Shown in pieces: positions 45,530 to 60,212 of a stretch of 64,000 nt of DNA; position 1 is the first letter of the stretch, and each line of letters opens with the position of its first letter. Below the pieces are notes generated by a model that did not search any database, was not told the origin of the DNA, and was given only the letters and a program-made list of their open reading frames with translations. Source of the DNA: the human T2T-CHM13v2.0 reference genome, Homo sapiens; the NCBI RefSeq assembly GCF_009914755.1, contig NC_060926.1; one strand, written 5' to 3'. A program made the position numbers and the translations under genes.

Positions 45530-46460
45530 AACTTTTATTTTTTTTAGAGAAGTTTTAGGTTCACAGCAAAGTTGAGTGGAAAGTATAGAGTTCTCATATA
45601 CCTTCTCCCCACGCCACATACACACAACCTCCCCCACTACCAAAATTCCCCGCCACAGTGATACATTTGGTACAATCCATGGCCCTACATTGACATATCA
45701 TTATTTCTCAAAGTCTATAGTGTACATTAGGGTTCATTCTTGGTGCTGTATGTTTATGGGTTTTGACAAATGTAGAATGACGTGTCTATCCTTATAGTGT
45801 CATACAGAATAGTTTCACTATCTAAAATTTCTCTGTGCTCTGCCTGTTCACCCCTCCCTCTCCTCAGTCCCTGGAAGCCACTGATCTTTTTTACTGTCTT
45901 CATGGTTTTGCCTTTTCTAGAATGTCATATAGTTGGAATCATACAGTACGTTCCCTTTGCAGACAGGCTTCTTTCACTTACTGATATATATTTAGGCTCC
46001 TCCATATCTTGTCATGGCTCGATGGCTCATTTTTTAGTGCTGAGTAATATTCCATTGTCTACATGAACCACAGTTTATTTATTCATTTACCTACTGAAGG
46101 ACATCTTGGTTGCTTCCAAGTTTTGACAATTAAAAATAAAGCTGCTATAAGCATCCTTGCACAGGTTTTTTGTGGAGGTAAGTTTTCAGTTAACTTGGAT
46201 GAACACCAAAGAGTGTGACATCTGAGTCATATGGTAAGAGTATGTTTAGTGTTATAAGAAACTGCCATACCATCTTCCAAAGTGGCTGTACCATTTTGCA
46301 TTCCTATAAGCAATGAATGAGAGTTCCTATTGTTCCACATCCTTGTCAGCATTTGGTATTATCAGTGTTTTGGACTTAGCCATTCTAATAGGTGTGTAGT
46401 TGTATTTCATTGTTGTTTTAAGTTGGAATTCCCTAATGTCATGTGATGTTGAACATTTAT
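45530..46460 (-). mobile_element. L1M 3' region
   Basis: TTTTAGGTTCACAGCAAA..GGACATCTTGGTTGCTTCCAAGTTTTG..CCAAAGTGGCTGTACCATTTTGCATTCC. Confidence 0.85.
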
Positions 46461-46705
46461 AGTAATGTTTTTAAATCTTAGACAAAGCTATTCAATTCTG
46501 CCAGACCCAGTACTTCTTTTTTCTTAAAGCATGATGATTCCATTTTATTGGACAAATAACATGCAAAGGAGCTAAGCAGACTTTTTGCTAATGTTTCATT
46601 TTTTATGCTGTGCGGGAAAAATGATCTCGTCTATCTTATTCTCAGTGGTATTCCCCCAAACCAGCACAGTACCTGGTCCATATGATTCACTCACTAAATA
46701 TTTAC

Positions 46706-47100
46706 TGTGGTTGGTTAAGTAGTGGCCTCCAAAAAGATATCCCCACATTCGAATCCCTAGAATCTGTGAACATTGCTGTTTTGGGAAAAATGGTCCTTGT
46801 AGATGTAATTAAGTTTAGGATGTTGAGATGGTAAGATCATCCTGGATTATCTGGTTAGACCAATCCAATGACAAGTTCCATTATAAGAAAAAAGCAGAGG
46901 GAGAGATGAGACAGGCAGAAGAAGAGATAGAAGAGGAGGAAGCAATGTGACCGCAGAGGTGGAGATCAGAGTGATGTGGCCACAGGTCAAAGAGTACCTA
47001 CAGCTACCAGAAACTGGAAGAGGCAAAGAAAGGACCCTCCCCTAAAACTTCCAGAATGAGTGTGGCCTGGCAGACCCCTTGATTTCAGACTTGTGGCTTC
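46706..47100 (+). mobile_element. MLT1 LTR fragment
   Basis: GTAGATGTAATTAAG..GATCATCCTGGATTATC..CCAGAAACTGGAAGAGGCAA..TTGATTTCAGACTT. Confidence 0.75.
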
Positions 47101-48459
47101 TAAGCCCTACATATCCACTAGTCAATTTTCCATCTCTATGGAGTTGCTTATTCTGGACATTCTATATAAATGGAATCATACAATGTGTGATCTTTTGTGT
47201 CTGGCTCACTAAATTTAAAATAATAGCACCTCCTGTTATATTCTAAATATATTGTAATATTCCTTTTACTTTCTTAAAATTCATAGATAATATGACTTAC
47301 TTACACATACAATTTTTTAAATAATGTGCTTTATAATAAAAATAACTTTTAAAATAAGTATATGTTGTAACATGTCTACACTAGGCTATTTATTTCATAG
47401 GATAGTAGGAGCCTTGAACCTGCTTTACTATTTATGAAGCAGTATCACTATGCATGTGCCAATGATGGTAGCTGGGACACAGATATGCAGTGTTGAAGTC
47501 TCAAATACAATAATCAGCATTTCCCTTGATGATAACCTGATTTCTCCAAATGATGAACAATTCTTTTTTTAAAAAATGTTTAATTTTAAAATAAAATAGA
47601 GATGGAGTCTCACTATGTAGCCTAGGCTGGTCTCAAATTCCTGTCCTCAAGTGATCCTCCTGCCTCTGCCTCCCACAGTGCTGGGATTACAGGCATGAGC
47701 CACTCACTACACCTGGCTAGTTCTTGATAAAGTTCCAAATAAACCAAAGTTCATTTTTCTCTCAGTCTACACAGTAGTTATGGCCTTGGAAACTTCAGTG
47801 TACGTTCATAACCTGCAAGAAAATATTTAGTGTTTACTTGTAAAAGAGAGTTAGGCTCTCAACTCAGAGGATTACAGATGGATTTTTCATCTACATGAAT
47901 GTCTGGCAGAACACTTAAGAGTCATGTTAGACACAAAAACTGGTTTTCATAGAGTGGCACTGTCCTGTGCATTGAAAGGCATGTTGCATCCCTGGCCTCC
48001 TCCCTCTAAATGCCAATAGTGACTGCAATCACTGCACTGACCAGAATGTCCCCCAGGAGAGCATCCATCCCTGCTGAGGACCAGGGGCTGAGCCCTTCTC
48101 AACTTCAAAACCACTTCCACATGCCTGATCACCTCTGAGTCCATATTCCATCCATTTCTTTCTCCTCTCTTCCATATGTAATTTCTCCCTGTTGTTATTC
48201 TTTGTACATTCATCAACCCATTCAGCATTCTTTCATTAAAAAAAAAAAAAAAGAAACCACATTCTTCAAATCTCTCTTCTGCCCTACTGCTGACTTACAT
48301 CATACTGCATCTGTTACCTGGATTTTGCAATATTATCTTAACTGATGTCCTTCCTTCAAGTCTTGATGTCCTCATCCCCACTCTACTCTTGGTATCAAAG
48401 GGTGCCATCAGACATGCAGATCAGGTCAGGCCAGGCCTCTGCCCAGGATCTCCCAGTAG

Positions 48460-48846
<387 letters not shown>

Positions 48847-48854
48847 TGAACATA

Positions 48855-49965
<1,111 letters not shown>

Positions 49966-50352
49966 TTTTGGGGAACACACTTAGACCATAGCAGTAGGTC
50001 CCCAATAAATATTTGTTTAATAAAAATATAAATACTGACTATTATAGTAATTTATATTGGTCACTTTCTACGTGCCAGGTACTATACTAAGTGTTTTGCA
50101 TACATTTTCTCATTTAATTCTCCTAACAAATCTAGGAGATGAGCACTATTTTATTTTCATTTAGGAAATGAGAAACTTAGCCCTTCTAGTGGATGTGTAG
50201 CAGTGTGCCTCACAGTTTAAACTCTAGTGGTCCTAACCTCCTAGGAGCTCCCACTACCTATTATCCAGCATCACTTCCCCAAGCCTTTCCTCTGGCTGTT
50301 CTTGCAACCTGGATGCTTCTTTACCCATCCCTTAGTTAAACCATCTTCCTTT

Positions 50353-51087
50353 TGATACAGACAGAAGACAGGGAAATACTGGGTAGAAGAGGGTGGTCCC
50401 CTGGCAAAGGCCCCACCCTCCAGCCTGGAAACCCACTGCCCTAAATAGGAACAGGCATTCCTGTTTTCTCACCCCCCTATCCTGTACCCATATAAACCCC
50501 AAATCCCAGACTCCACAGGCAGAAAAACAGAAGAGCAGAAGAGCAGCAGAATGGCACAGCAGAGAAGGGGAGGAGAGGAAGAACATCTGAACATCGAGAG
50601 GAGTTCCACTGGGGACAGTCGGAGAGGAGATCGGCTGCTGGATAACCAAACTCCAGGGGAAGATCATTTTCCCACCACATCCCCCTTCCAACTCCCCATC
50701 CATTCCACAGAGAGCCACCTTCACCACTCAATAAAACCCCTGTATTCACCATCCTTCAAGGCCCTGTGACCTGATCCTTCCTGGACACTGGACAAGAACC
50801 CAGGTGCCAAGATGGCACTGAGCTGGTTAACACTTAAGCTGTCTGTGATGGCAGAGCTAAAAGAGCACTGTAGCATGCCCACTGGGGCTTTGAGAGTTGC
50901 AGACACACATCCCTAGACTCCTAACGTGGGGCCAGAGCCCCAAAAGCATTTGCCCAGGCTCCCTGCACCCTGCCCGTCTGTGTGCTTCCCCTCCTATAAG
51001 GGGTTTGAGCAGCAGCTGCAGCCAAACAGACGAGCCACACCCCTGTTGCACGTCCTGTGAGGGGGGTCAGGGAACTCTCCTATTTCA
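50353..51087 (+). mobile_element. ERV1 solo LTR of the MER52/LTR27/LTR28 group
   Basis: TGATACAGACAG..GGGAAATACTGGGTAGAAGAGGG start, AATAAA at about 50730, ends GGAACTCTCCTATTTCA; 4-bp TSD CTTT. Confidence 0.85.
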
Positions 51088-52774
51088 CTTTAACCAGCCC
51101 CAGGTTCTCTGGCCATCCAGGTTGAACCAGAGTTTTCTGTATATGTACACATACTCATAGAATTCTGTGGATTGTTTTTCAAAGCCTTTTCACATTATCC
51201 TCTGAAATCTTCTTATTGTGTCACCATTTTCCCTACTCAAGGATGGGGACCTAATACAAGGCTTGGCTCATCATAGCATCATTGTCACAAATGGCAATGC
51301 CAGAAACAGGATACAACCTTCTGAGAGTGATACTTTTCCTCTGCAACTTGAAAAATGTAGCTCTATTTTCTCCTGTTTAAAGAGAGCTGTGATCACAGTC
51401 ATTGTTATTTGAAAATTATTAATGAGACATAATATGCAGCCGTAGTATTTTTAAATAAAATGAATGATTTTCCTAATTCCACAAAACATTCTTCAAACAT
51501 AGAAGGTGAAATATAAATGAAGACAAAGGAACTCATGAACCTCAAAGAAATTTAACTTTATCTGAAGGAGAGTCACCCAATCATTATTTTTATGATTCTA
51601 AGGTTTCCTGTTTCTGAGGATTTTAAGTATTTTTTTACCCTTATCCTCTCTGTTAGGATGTGAGGATTTTAAGTATTTTTGAGGGAACTAGCATTAGTAG
51701 TTATGCCTGTGATATTTTGTTTATGTTGGTGAGTGAGGAAGAAGTAGGACTGAGAAGTATATTTCAAGCAGCTTCTGAGAAATTCCCAGTAGTCGGTAAT
51801 ACCTGCCAGTTTTTCAACTCCCCAGATAATGGTCAGTTAGTTGTGGTTTTTACAGGTTCACAGGAGGGAGGCAGAAACATAAAAAGAGTGAGCTGATTTC
51901 CAGGAGAGTAGTTCCTGGTGGTTAAGTGGATGGTAAAGAAGTTAAGTTTCAAAGTCTGATTCGAAATTGCAGCTATGGAATTCAGAGTAATTGTCGCTGA
52001 GGCTTTATAGCCTGTGGATTTGGCCTGCTGTGCACAGGGAGTGGTTCTTGGTTTTTAGCCCAGAGCAAAGTGGCAGTGAAGCACAAACACATATGCAACA
52101 CCTTCTCAGGGGGTTACTGGGTTTGCTGGAATTATGCACGGAATTAACCGGCAACTCAAGGAGTTGAAAGAAAGCACAAGAATGTGGGAACTCCTACAGC
52201 AATCCAGCTGACTAATCAAAATTATTTTGAAATAGTTCTTCATAGTGGGCCAGCTGACTAACCAAAATTATTTTGAAATAGTTCTTCATAGCGGGTTTTG
52301 TTCCAAGCAAGGTAATGCCATCCATCACGAGCTAAATAAAACCCTGGTAAGGTCAACACAGTCCTGGTAAGATATGTTTTGTGATTAAAGCCCACAACAA
52401 AGTGATTTGTACAAGAGGACTATATAGTGCGGTGCTTCTTAAATTCCCCTGTGCACATGAATCACCTGGCAATCTTGTGAAAATAGAGATTCTAATTTAG
52501 TAGGTCTAAGGAGAATCCTGAGATGACTACATGTTAAAGCAGCTCCTGGGTGAGGCTGGTACAGCCAGTTCTCAGACAATGCTTTAAGTTGCAAAGGCAG
52601 GTACTTAAGTAAATATGTTGCTCTTGCATATTAGATTATGAAGTTGTCCTGTAAATTTCTTTGACAAAGTAAGTTAGTCTATTGTTAATAATCCTATTCA
52701 CTCCTTCACAAAGTAAACAAGTCTGTTGTTAATAATCCTATTCACTTTTAGAGGGTATGGACATCCAATTCTTT

Positions 52775-53565
52775 TTTAAAAAAATCAACTTTCATTTTAG
52801 ATATGGGGGATATATGCGCAGGTTTGTCCCAGAGGTATAGTGCACCCAGGTAGTGAGCATAATAAACAATAGTTTTTCAACCTACTCCCTCCCCGTCTAG
52901 TGGTCCACAGTGTCTGTTGTTCCCGTGTTTATGTCCTTGTGCGCTCAATGTTTAGCTCATAGTTATAAGTGAGAACATGTGGTATTTGGTTTTCTGTTCC
53001 TGAATTAATTTGCTTAGTATTTTGTCCTCCAGCTCCATCCATGTTGTTGCAAGAACATGATTTTGTTCTTTTTTATGGCTGTGTAGTATTCCATAGTGTA
53101 CCTGTACCACATTTTCTTTATCCAGTCCACTATTGATGGGCACCTAGGTGGATTCCATGTCTTTGCTATTGTGAATACTGCTGCAATGAACAGATGAGCA
53201 TATGTGTCTTTTTGGTAGAATGATCTATTTTCCTTTGGGTATATACTCAGTAATGGGATTACTGGGTGGAACAGTAGCTCTGATTTTAAGTTCTTTGAGA
53301 AATCTCCAAACTGCTTTCCACAGTGACTGAACTAATTTACATTCCCACCAGCAGTGTATAAGCATTTCCTTTTCCCCACAGCCTCACCAGCATCTTTTGT
53401 TTTTTGACTTTTTAATAATAGCGATTCTGACTGGTGTGAGGTGATATCTCATTGTGGTTTTTGACTTGTATTTCTCTGATGATTTGTGATGCTGAGCATT
53501 TTTTCATATCTTTTTTCAGTAGATATGAACGCTGGTATGTCTTCTTTTGAGGACATGTTCATGTA
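52775..53565 (-). mobile_element. L1PA/PB 3' region
   Basis: TATAAGTGAGAACATGTGGTATTTGGTTTTCTGTTCC..; ORF 52952-53143 resembles L1 3' sequence. Confidence 0.9.
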
Positions 53566-53666
53566 CATCAAATTCTGATTTCTATCTTCTGCTTTGAAAA
53601 AAAGGAGGGAGAATATGTCTTCGTTAATGACCTCATGGAAAAATCATTTTTAAAAACTCCATATTA

Positions 53667-54279
53667 GGCCAGGCATGGCAGCTCACGTCTGTAATCCCAG
53701 CACTTTGGGAGGCCGAGGCCGGCAGATCTTCTGAGGTCAGGAGTTCAAGACCAGCTTGACCAACATGGTGAAACCCTGTCTCTACAAAAATATAAAAATC
53801 AGCCAGGTGTGGTGGCAGATGTCTGTAATCCCAGCTAGTCAGGAGTCTGACGCAAGAGAATTGCTTGAACCTGGGAGGCAGAGGTTGCAGTGTGCCGGGT
53901 GCAGTGTGCATTCCAGCCTGGGTGACAGAGTGAGACTCTGAAAAAAAAAAAAAAAACAAAAAAAACCCTCCATATCGAGCCCTTTTTTTTTGAGACAGGG
54001 TCTTGCTCTGTTGCCCAGGCTGCAGTGCAGTGGCTCCAATCTGGACTTTGCTCACTGCGGCCTTGACTTCCTGGGCTCAAGCAATCCTCCCACCTCAGCC
54101 TCTCAAGTAGCTGGTACCACAGGCATACACCATCACACCTGACAAATTTTAAAATTTTTTGTAGAGACAGGGTCTCACCATCTTTCCCAGGCTTGCCTTG
54201 AATTCCTGGGCTCAAGCCGTCCTCCCGCCTTGGCCTCCCAAAGTGTTGGGATTATAGGCATTAGCCACTGCACCCAACC
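53667..54279. mobile_element. Tail-to-tail Alu pair: AluS + (53667-53965) and AluJ - (53982-54279)
   Basis: An A-tail and a T-tail separated by about 16 bp. Confidence 0.9.
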
Positions 54280-54514
54280 TGAGTCTTTATTTAAAGACTG
54301 AAAATACCCATGCCATTTATTTGACTGATGCTCCTGATTACTAAAGAAGTTACAGTAAATGCAGTATGTTGCCTTCATACAACAGTGGCATTCAAAAAGT
54401 ATCTTACTAGCTGTTCGAGTAAGAACAGTCACTTTTGTGGTTAAAATTTGAAAAGAAGTGCTGCCTGGTTTGAGTATTAGGTTATCTTTAGTGCAGGACC
54501 ATCCTGGTTTGGAG

Positions 54515-54745
54515 GTAGCATCGTGTGGTAGTTTAAGCACAGACTTTGAAGTCAGACTTTCTAGATTCGAATCCCAGTTCTGCCACTTGCTGACTGTGTG
54601 CCTGTGGATGAGTGTGCAATGGTTTACTCATCTGTAAAATTGGTCTGCATTCTCCAGGTGTTACTAGATTGAGTAAAAATCTGCAAAGCTCCTAGAACAG
54701 TGTCCAACACATATATAAGCTACGTGTTTGTTAAATACAAGATTA
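54515..54745 (+). mobile_element. MIR
   Basis: GATTCGAATCCCAGTTCTGCCACTTGCTGACTGTGTG..CTCATCTGTAAAAT core. Confidence 0.8.
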
Positions 54746-54986
54746 AAATAAATAATATATGCATTAATGTCATATCTTAGTTGCTCAGTGGTCCTATGGA
54801 ATCCAGAAAGTCTGTTTTCTTTTTACCAACTAAAATATCCTACAAGACTTTGCCAACAAGTAGCTGGTCAGAGAGAAAGGAGCCTTCAATCAACAACCTG
54901 AGAACCCCAAAATATATCCATGACATTTGGAAATGCATTCATTTTCCTTATTTGATTAGACTTACCTCAGTCCTTTGGTTTTGCAG

Positions 54987-55166
54987 TTGGTGATGTATAT
55001 TGGCCAAGTGGCCAAGGATGTCTTGAAGTGGCCCCGTCCCTCCTCCCCTCCAGTTGTAAAACTGGAAAAGAGACTGATCGCTGAATATGGAATGCCATCC
55101 ACCCACGCCATGGCGGCCACTGCCATTGCCTTCACCCTCCTTATCTCTACTATGGACAGATACCAG
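54987..55166 (+). CDS. SGPP2: SGPP2 exon 3, 180 nt, [60 protein letters not shown]
   Basis: ttttgcAG acceptor and CAG/GTaagg donor. Contains PAP2 motif C1 KxxxxxxRP (KDVLKWPRP) and motif C2 (PSTH). Confidence 0.97.
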
Positions 55167-55889
55167 GTAAGGTGGCCTGGTTCTTCTTCCTACCCACCTA
55201 CTGAGGCAGCAAATAGAGGCTGCACTTCTGAATTTTCTCTTAAAGCTGCTTTGAGGGACCTTAAGGTTTATGAAATAAAGATTAAGAGAAACTGAAACCT
55301 ATTAAACAGATGACAATTGCATCATAAATAAAGTGACTATATAATTTAGCATTTAAATCAGGTTATGCCTGTGTGTGAACATCAGCACCATATTAATAAT
55401 GACACCAGGACAACTAGCATAATATGGGCCATCCCAGGAGACCAGCATGTATTATCACCCTGGGCTGCCTGATGAGACAGTGCTTGAATTAGTGCTCTCA
55501 TCCTCTGTTTGCAAGAGGAGTTTATGTCCTAGTAAATGATTCTCCAGGGCTGAGATGATTCCACCAAATCCCTCTGCCAGACTCCCCAGGGCCTGGGGCC
55601 GCAAAGAGTCTGTGCCTCAAATTAGCCTCTAAGGATGTCTCTGCCCTGGTTAAGGCTCAGCCACTAGAAATGATGGCTCAAAGTTTTCTAGAACAGTCTA
55701 AATGGCAGAGGATTAATAAATGTTGAAAATAGAAGAATTTTACTTAATATCTGCTTAAATGCCAATTATAGTAAGACTTAAACAGTTATATTATTACAGC
55801 AATGGAAGTTATTTTTCTCCTATTTGAGACCTATGGATCTAATCTTATGTTTAATTTTATAAGTGTTATCTTTTACCCATTGGATGTTT

Positions 55890-56202
55890 TATTTGTTTGT
55901 TTATTTGTTTGTTTGATTTTAAGACAGGGTCTCTGTTGCTGGGGCTGGAGTGCAGTGGCGCCATCACCACCCACTGTAGTCTTGACCTTCTGGGCTCAAG
56001 CGATCCTTCCATCTCATCTTCCCAAGTAGCTGAGACCACAGCTATGCACCACTACGCCCAGATAATTAAAAAAAATTTTTTTTCTAGTGAAGGGGTCTTG
56101 CTGTGTTGCCCAGGCTGGTCTTGAACTCCTGGCCTCAAGCAATCTGCCTGCCTGGGCCTCCCAAAGCACTGGGATTACAGGCATGAGCCACTGCACCCAG
56201 CC
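55890..56202 (-). mobile_element. AluJ
   Basis: Diverged full Alu with a (TTTG)n tail. Confidence 0.88.
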
Positions 56203-58163
56203 CCACTGGAAGTTTTAGATTCCATTAAATCTAGCAGTCTTGTAGATAAATAGCAGTATTGTTTAGCCCTGTCCCTTTACCCCAGAAGCCCAGGGATGTT
56301 CCATATTCCAGGTTATGCAGAAGCAGGAAGTCAAGCCTCATGTAGCTGGAAAGACCAGGACTAGTGTGGGGTCCCACCTCTACCACTGAAGCCTTCTACC
56401 TGGTCATCTGGGTTTAGACCTCTGTTACATAAGAAAGGGACAGTTACAAGGAATATATTTGACTAGATATCATCTTTTGTCATAAGTTACTTAAACTTCA
56501 TGCCGGGGTCAAACAATGTCTGAGCTCCTGGCACTGTCTGAATTAACTTAGTGCAGGCTGCTGAGCCATGTTGTACCCAATGTCAGCTGCCCTAGAAGGA
56601 CGTAGTGGGCCAAGCACCAGCTCCCATTGGGTTGATCTTGGTGCCCAGAGAAGTCTGTGAATATGCTAACGTACCTTAAGAGAAAAGCAGCAAGTGGAGG
56701 CTCGCAGCAGGAAAACCACCACCATCACCACGGACACATCCATTGCAGAGCCACCCAGTCCTCCTTAAAAAATTCTCCTCAACTTACATGATGTAGCAGT
56801 TTTCATAAGGTTGGAGTCATGTTGTGAATTTCTTTCCTATTTGATTTTTAATAGTGAATGTATTTAGCTAGCTGTTTGCTCATAAACAGCTCTAAATATT
56901 GGTTTATTTATATATTATATTTATTGGTTTATTTATATACATATTTATTTTTATATATTATATATTGGTTTATGTGTGTTGAGTACCCCAAAAACTATTG
57001 AAATAAAATTTTAAAAATGTGTGTTGAGGCTGCTGCCCACACTCTAATTTCCAAATATATTAACTCATTAATTCTGAACACTTTTAAATTAAAATCTGAG
57101 ACTTAGTTAATGATAAACCTTAAGAACAGACGTGACAACCAGCTGTTATGGTACTCATGTGTTACAAGGGGAAGAACACACTGGGCTTGGACTCAGAAGG
57201 CATGGCCTTCAGTTCTGACTCTCACTTACCAGCTGTGTGACCTCAGGCAGATCATTTCACCTCTCTGAACCCCAAGCTCCTGTTGTGAGGGTCAAATGGG
57301 AGCATTGAGGGGAAAGTGCCTTTATGATAAAGTTTATTAATAACGTCATTTATTATCATGGTTAAGAGCTTCCTCATTTGTAAAATGGGGCTAATAACAG
57401 AGCCTACTTCATAGGGCTATGTGAAGACTAAAGGAGATAGTATAAAGTGCTTTGCCTAATACAGACAGTGCCCTATTGTCTTTGATCTTCTTACTACAGT
57501 ATACCACAGACACTAGTGCTTGAAGCAGGTGGATTTATGCCTATGTCTAGCTTATAAGCAGAGTATCTGTGTGTTCCTTATATGATTCAGCATTAGCCAG
57601 ATTCCTCTAGCCACTAGTATTACTCAGCAGCAAATGTTGAGAGTCAGTAGAATCTGCACAAGTGCTTTTGATATCTGGACGCAAATATGCCGATTCTGAC
57701 TTTAGGCCCATTGCCCCTCCTTCTACGGAGGAGGAGAAGTTGCTTGTTGGGATTTTCAGATTATAGCCCTGGCTATCTATCTACCTTGCTTCTTGGTCAA
57801 ATTGTTTGTTTCTTATCGTTCTAATTTAAGAATAGGTAGAAATCAAAGTTATTCATTTCACTAAAACTGCCAGCACTGTAGTTGTGGTCATGAGTCTTAA
57901 AGCCAAGTCCTACTACGTCTCACGTGCATGCTTATATGTTGTGAAACTTCCTCCCAGAACTGTGTACCTGGGTATCTTCCCCTTCTCTTTCTTCTGTCTC
58001 CCCGTTTAAAAAAAAGTTTTAAGTTAATCAGATTGCTGGTCTGGGGAATGCAAGATTTGGACTAGCAATTCTTGCATTAATGAATCCTATTCCCACCTAT
58101 GACATCAAATCATGTATGTCTGAGTGTGATCTAATTCCCTTGTTTTTTCTCCTTCCCCCACAG

Positions 58164-58253
58164 TATCCATTTGTGTTGGGACTGGTGATGGCCGTGGTGT
58201 TTTCCACCTTGGTGTGTCTCAGCAGGCTCTACACTGGGATGCATACGGTCCTG
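58164..58253 (+). CDS. SGPP2: SGPP2 exon 4, 90 nt, YPFVLGLVMAVVFSTLVCLSRLYTGMHTVL
   Basis: Long pyrimidine tract plus cAG, and CTG/GTaagg donor. Encodes a transmembrane helix and PAP2 motif C3 SRxxxxxH (SRLYTGMH); the motif's Asp is expected in the next exon. Confidence 0.96.
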
Positions 58254-59845
58254 GTAAGGCTTTGTGGTCAGGTCTTGTGGTGATTGTTTGAATGATATTG
58301 TGGTCAGTGTGTCAATATGTTTCTCATACTACTTATTTATAAAATTATTTGCATATGTAATTATATTTCTCATCATGCCAATGCATTAAGTAATTATTAT
58401 GTTCGGGTGCATGTATGATAATAGTAATGAAACATTAAGGTAATATCAATGAGGCTGAGCTACACTGAACCCTCAAGATTTTGAAAATGGGCTAGAACAG
58501 CGTTGGAGACTCCGGTCATTTATATTCACATCAGTTTACTGACGATGCAGCAAGCAGTTCAGAAAAAGCCCCCAGGCTCATAGGCACGAGTGAGTAGATG
58601 CAGTTCCCCACTTAGGTCCTCACAGAGAGGGGCCTGAAATCAGGGGTCTCCAGTGCCCTTGCAAGGTAAGGGTCCCACCAGGTCAGAGGAGCCCGGTATC
58701 ACGGCTTTGCTTCCTTCCATACTGTTTTAGGCTGGAGGCAGTGGTGGGAACAGAGTCCCATCTGCATGTAAAGGTCCATCCACCCTTTTACCATATTAGA
58801 AATATTTTCCAGGGCCGCCATGATTGGCACAGTTAAAATTCCTTGAGAATTCAGTTTCCCAATGTGTCCACGGCTGCCTTGAAGTTCCAGAGCATAAGGC
58901 TGGCCATGGTCGACCACAGGGGCGCTATTTATCATCGTAATAGGTACAAGAAAGATTTCTTTAAAAAGAAATGGGCCCTTGCTCATTGTGTGTTTATCTC
59001 AATTCTGAAGCTCAAAAGTTAAGTTAGCAAAAAAACCTGGGAGGGAAAGGCCTACACCCCACACGGGCCTTCTTGCTTCTCTCCCTGGTCCCTTGTGTGG
59101 GTTTTTTATGGGAAATGTGGGAGAGAGGGGGCAGAAGGGCAGAAGCTGCAGAGCGAACAGATTGGGGAGATCATTTGTCAAAATGAACAGAGGCCGAAGT
59201 AACTCAGAGAAGGGGGTTTATGGCTTCCCAAGGGTCTATCAGAGAGCAACATTACGCTTTCCTCTTAAAATGCAAAGGAAGGTGCTGATAGCAATTGACT
59301 CGAGGCCAGGCCTCAGAAGAGGCAGGCAAGTCTCCAAGTTAAAGAGTGCTAAAAATCTCAGGAATCAAGATAAATCATTTGAATGCAGTTTTTTAAAAAA
59401 TCAAAATTCATGCTACAAAACCCCATGATGAGCTAGTCAAATTTTAAGTGAAGACAAGATTTGACCCTGTATTTGCATGCTGTGCCTCAGCTGCTTCACC
59501 TCAGCCTGGCCCTGACCTGGGTGCTGCCTGGGTGAAGGCGGGCCTCAGATCTTGGAAATAAGAAAGGAGCAATGAAGGGCCAGTCCTGTAATTTTACCTC
59601 CCAAGGCACGTCCTTGCTGTCCCCATCCCACGTCACACCACACTGGTGGCTCCTGAGATGGAGGGAAGGAGGGGAGGAGGGCGTTCTCTATTTGCTACAC
59701 TGCCACTTCGTGTTACAAAGAGGTTCTCTCCAAATATGTTCATAGACTTCAATATGGAATGAAGAACTCTTGGGTTCTCTGGCATCTCTTTTTATCTGGG
59801 GCTACTGTTTAATTTCTGTAGGCTTTAATAAAATATGATCTTGGT

Positions 59846-60212
59846 AATGATAGACTGGATAAAGAAAATGTAGTACATATACATCATGGAATACTATGCA
59901 GCCATGAAAAGGAATGAGATCATGTCCTTTGACATGGATGAAGCTGGAAGCCATCATCCTCAGCAAACTAACACGGGAACAGAAAACCTAACACCACATG
60001 TTCTCACTCATAAATGGGAGTTGAACAGTGAAAACACATGGACACAGGGAGGGGAACAACACATACCATGGCCTGTTGGGAGGTTGGGGGTGAGGGGAGG
60101 AACTTAGAGGATGGTCAATAGGTGCAGCAAACCACCATGGCACACGTATACCTGTGTAACAAACCTGCATGTTCTGCACATGTATCTCGGAACTTAAAGT
60201 AAAATTTAAAAA
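59846..60212 (+). mobile_element. 5'-truncated L1PA 3' end
   Basis: L1 3'UTR ending GAACTTAAAGTAAAATTTAAAAAA. Confidence 0.9.
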
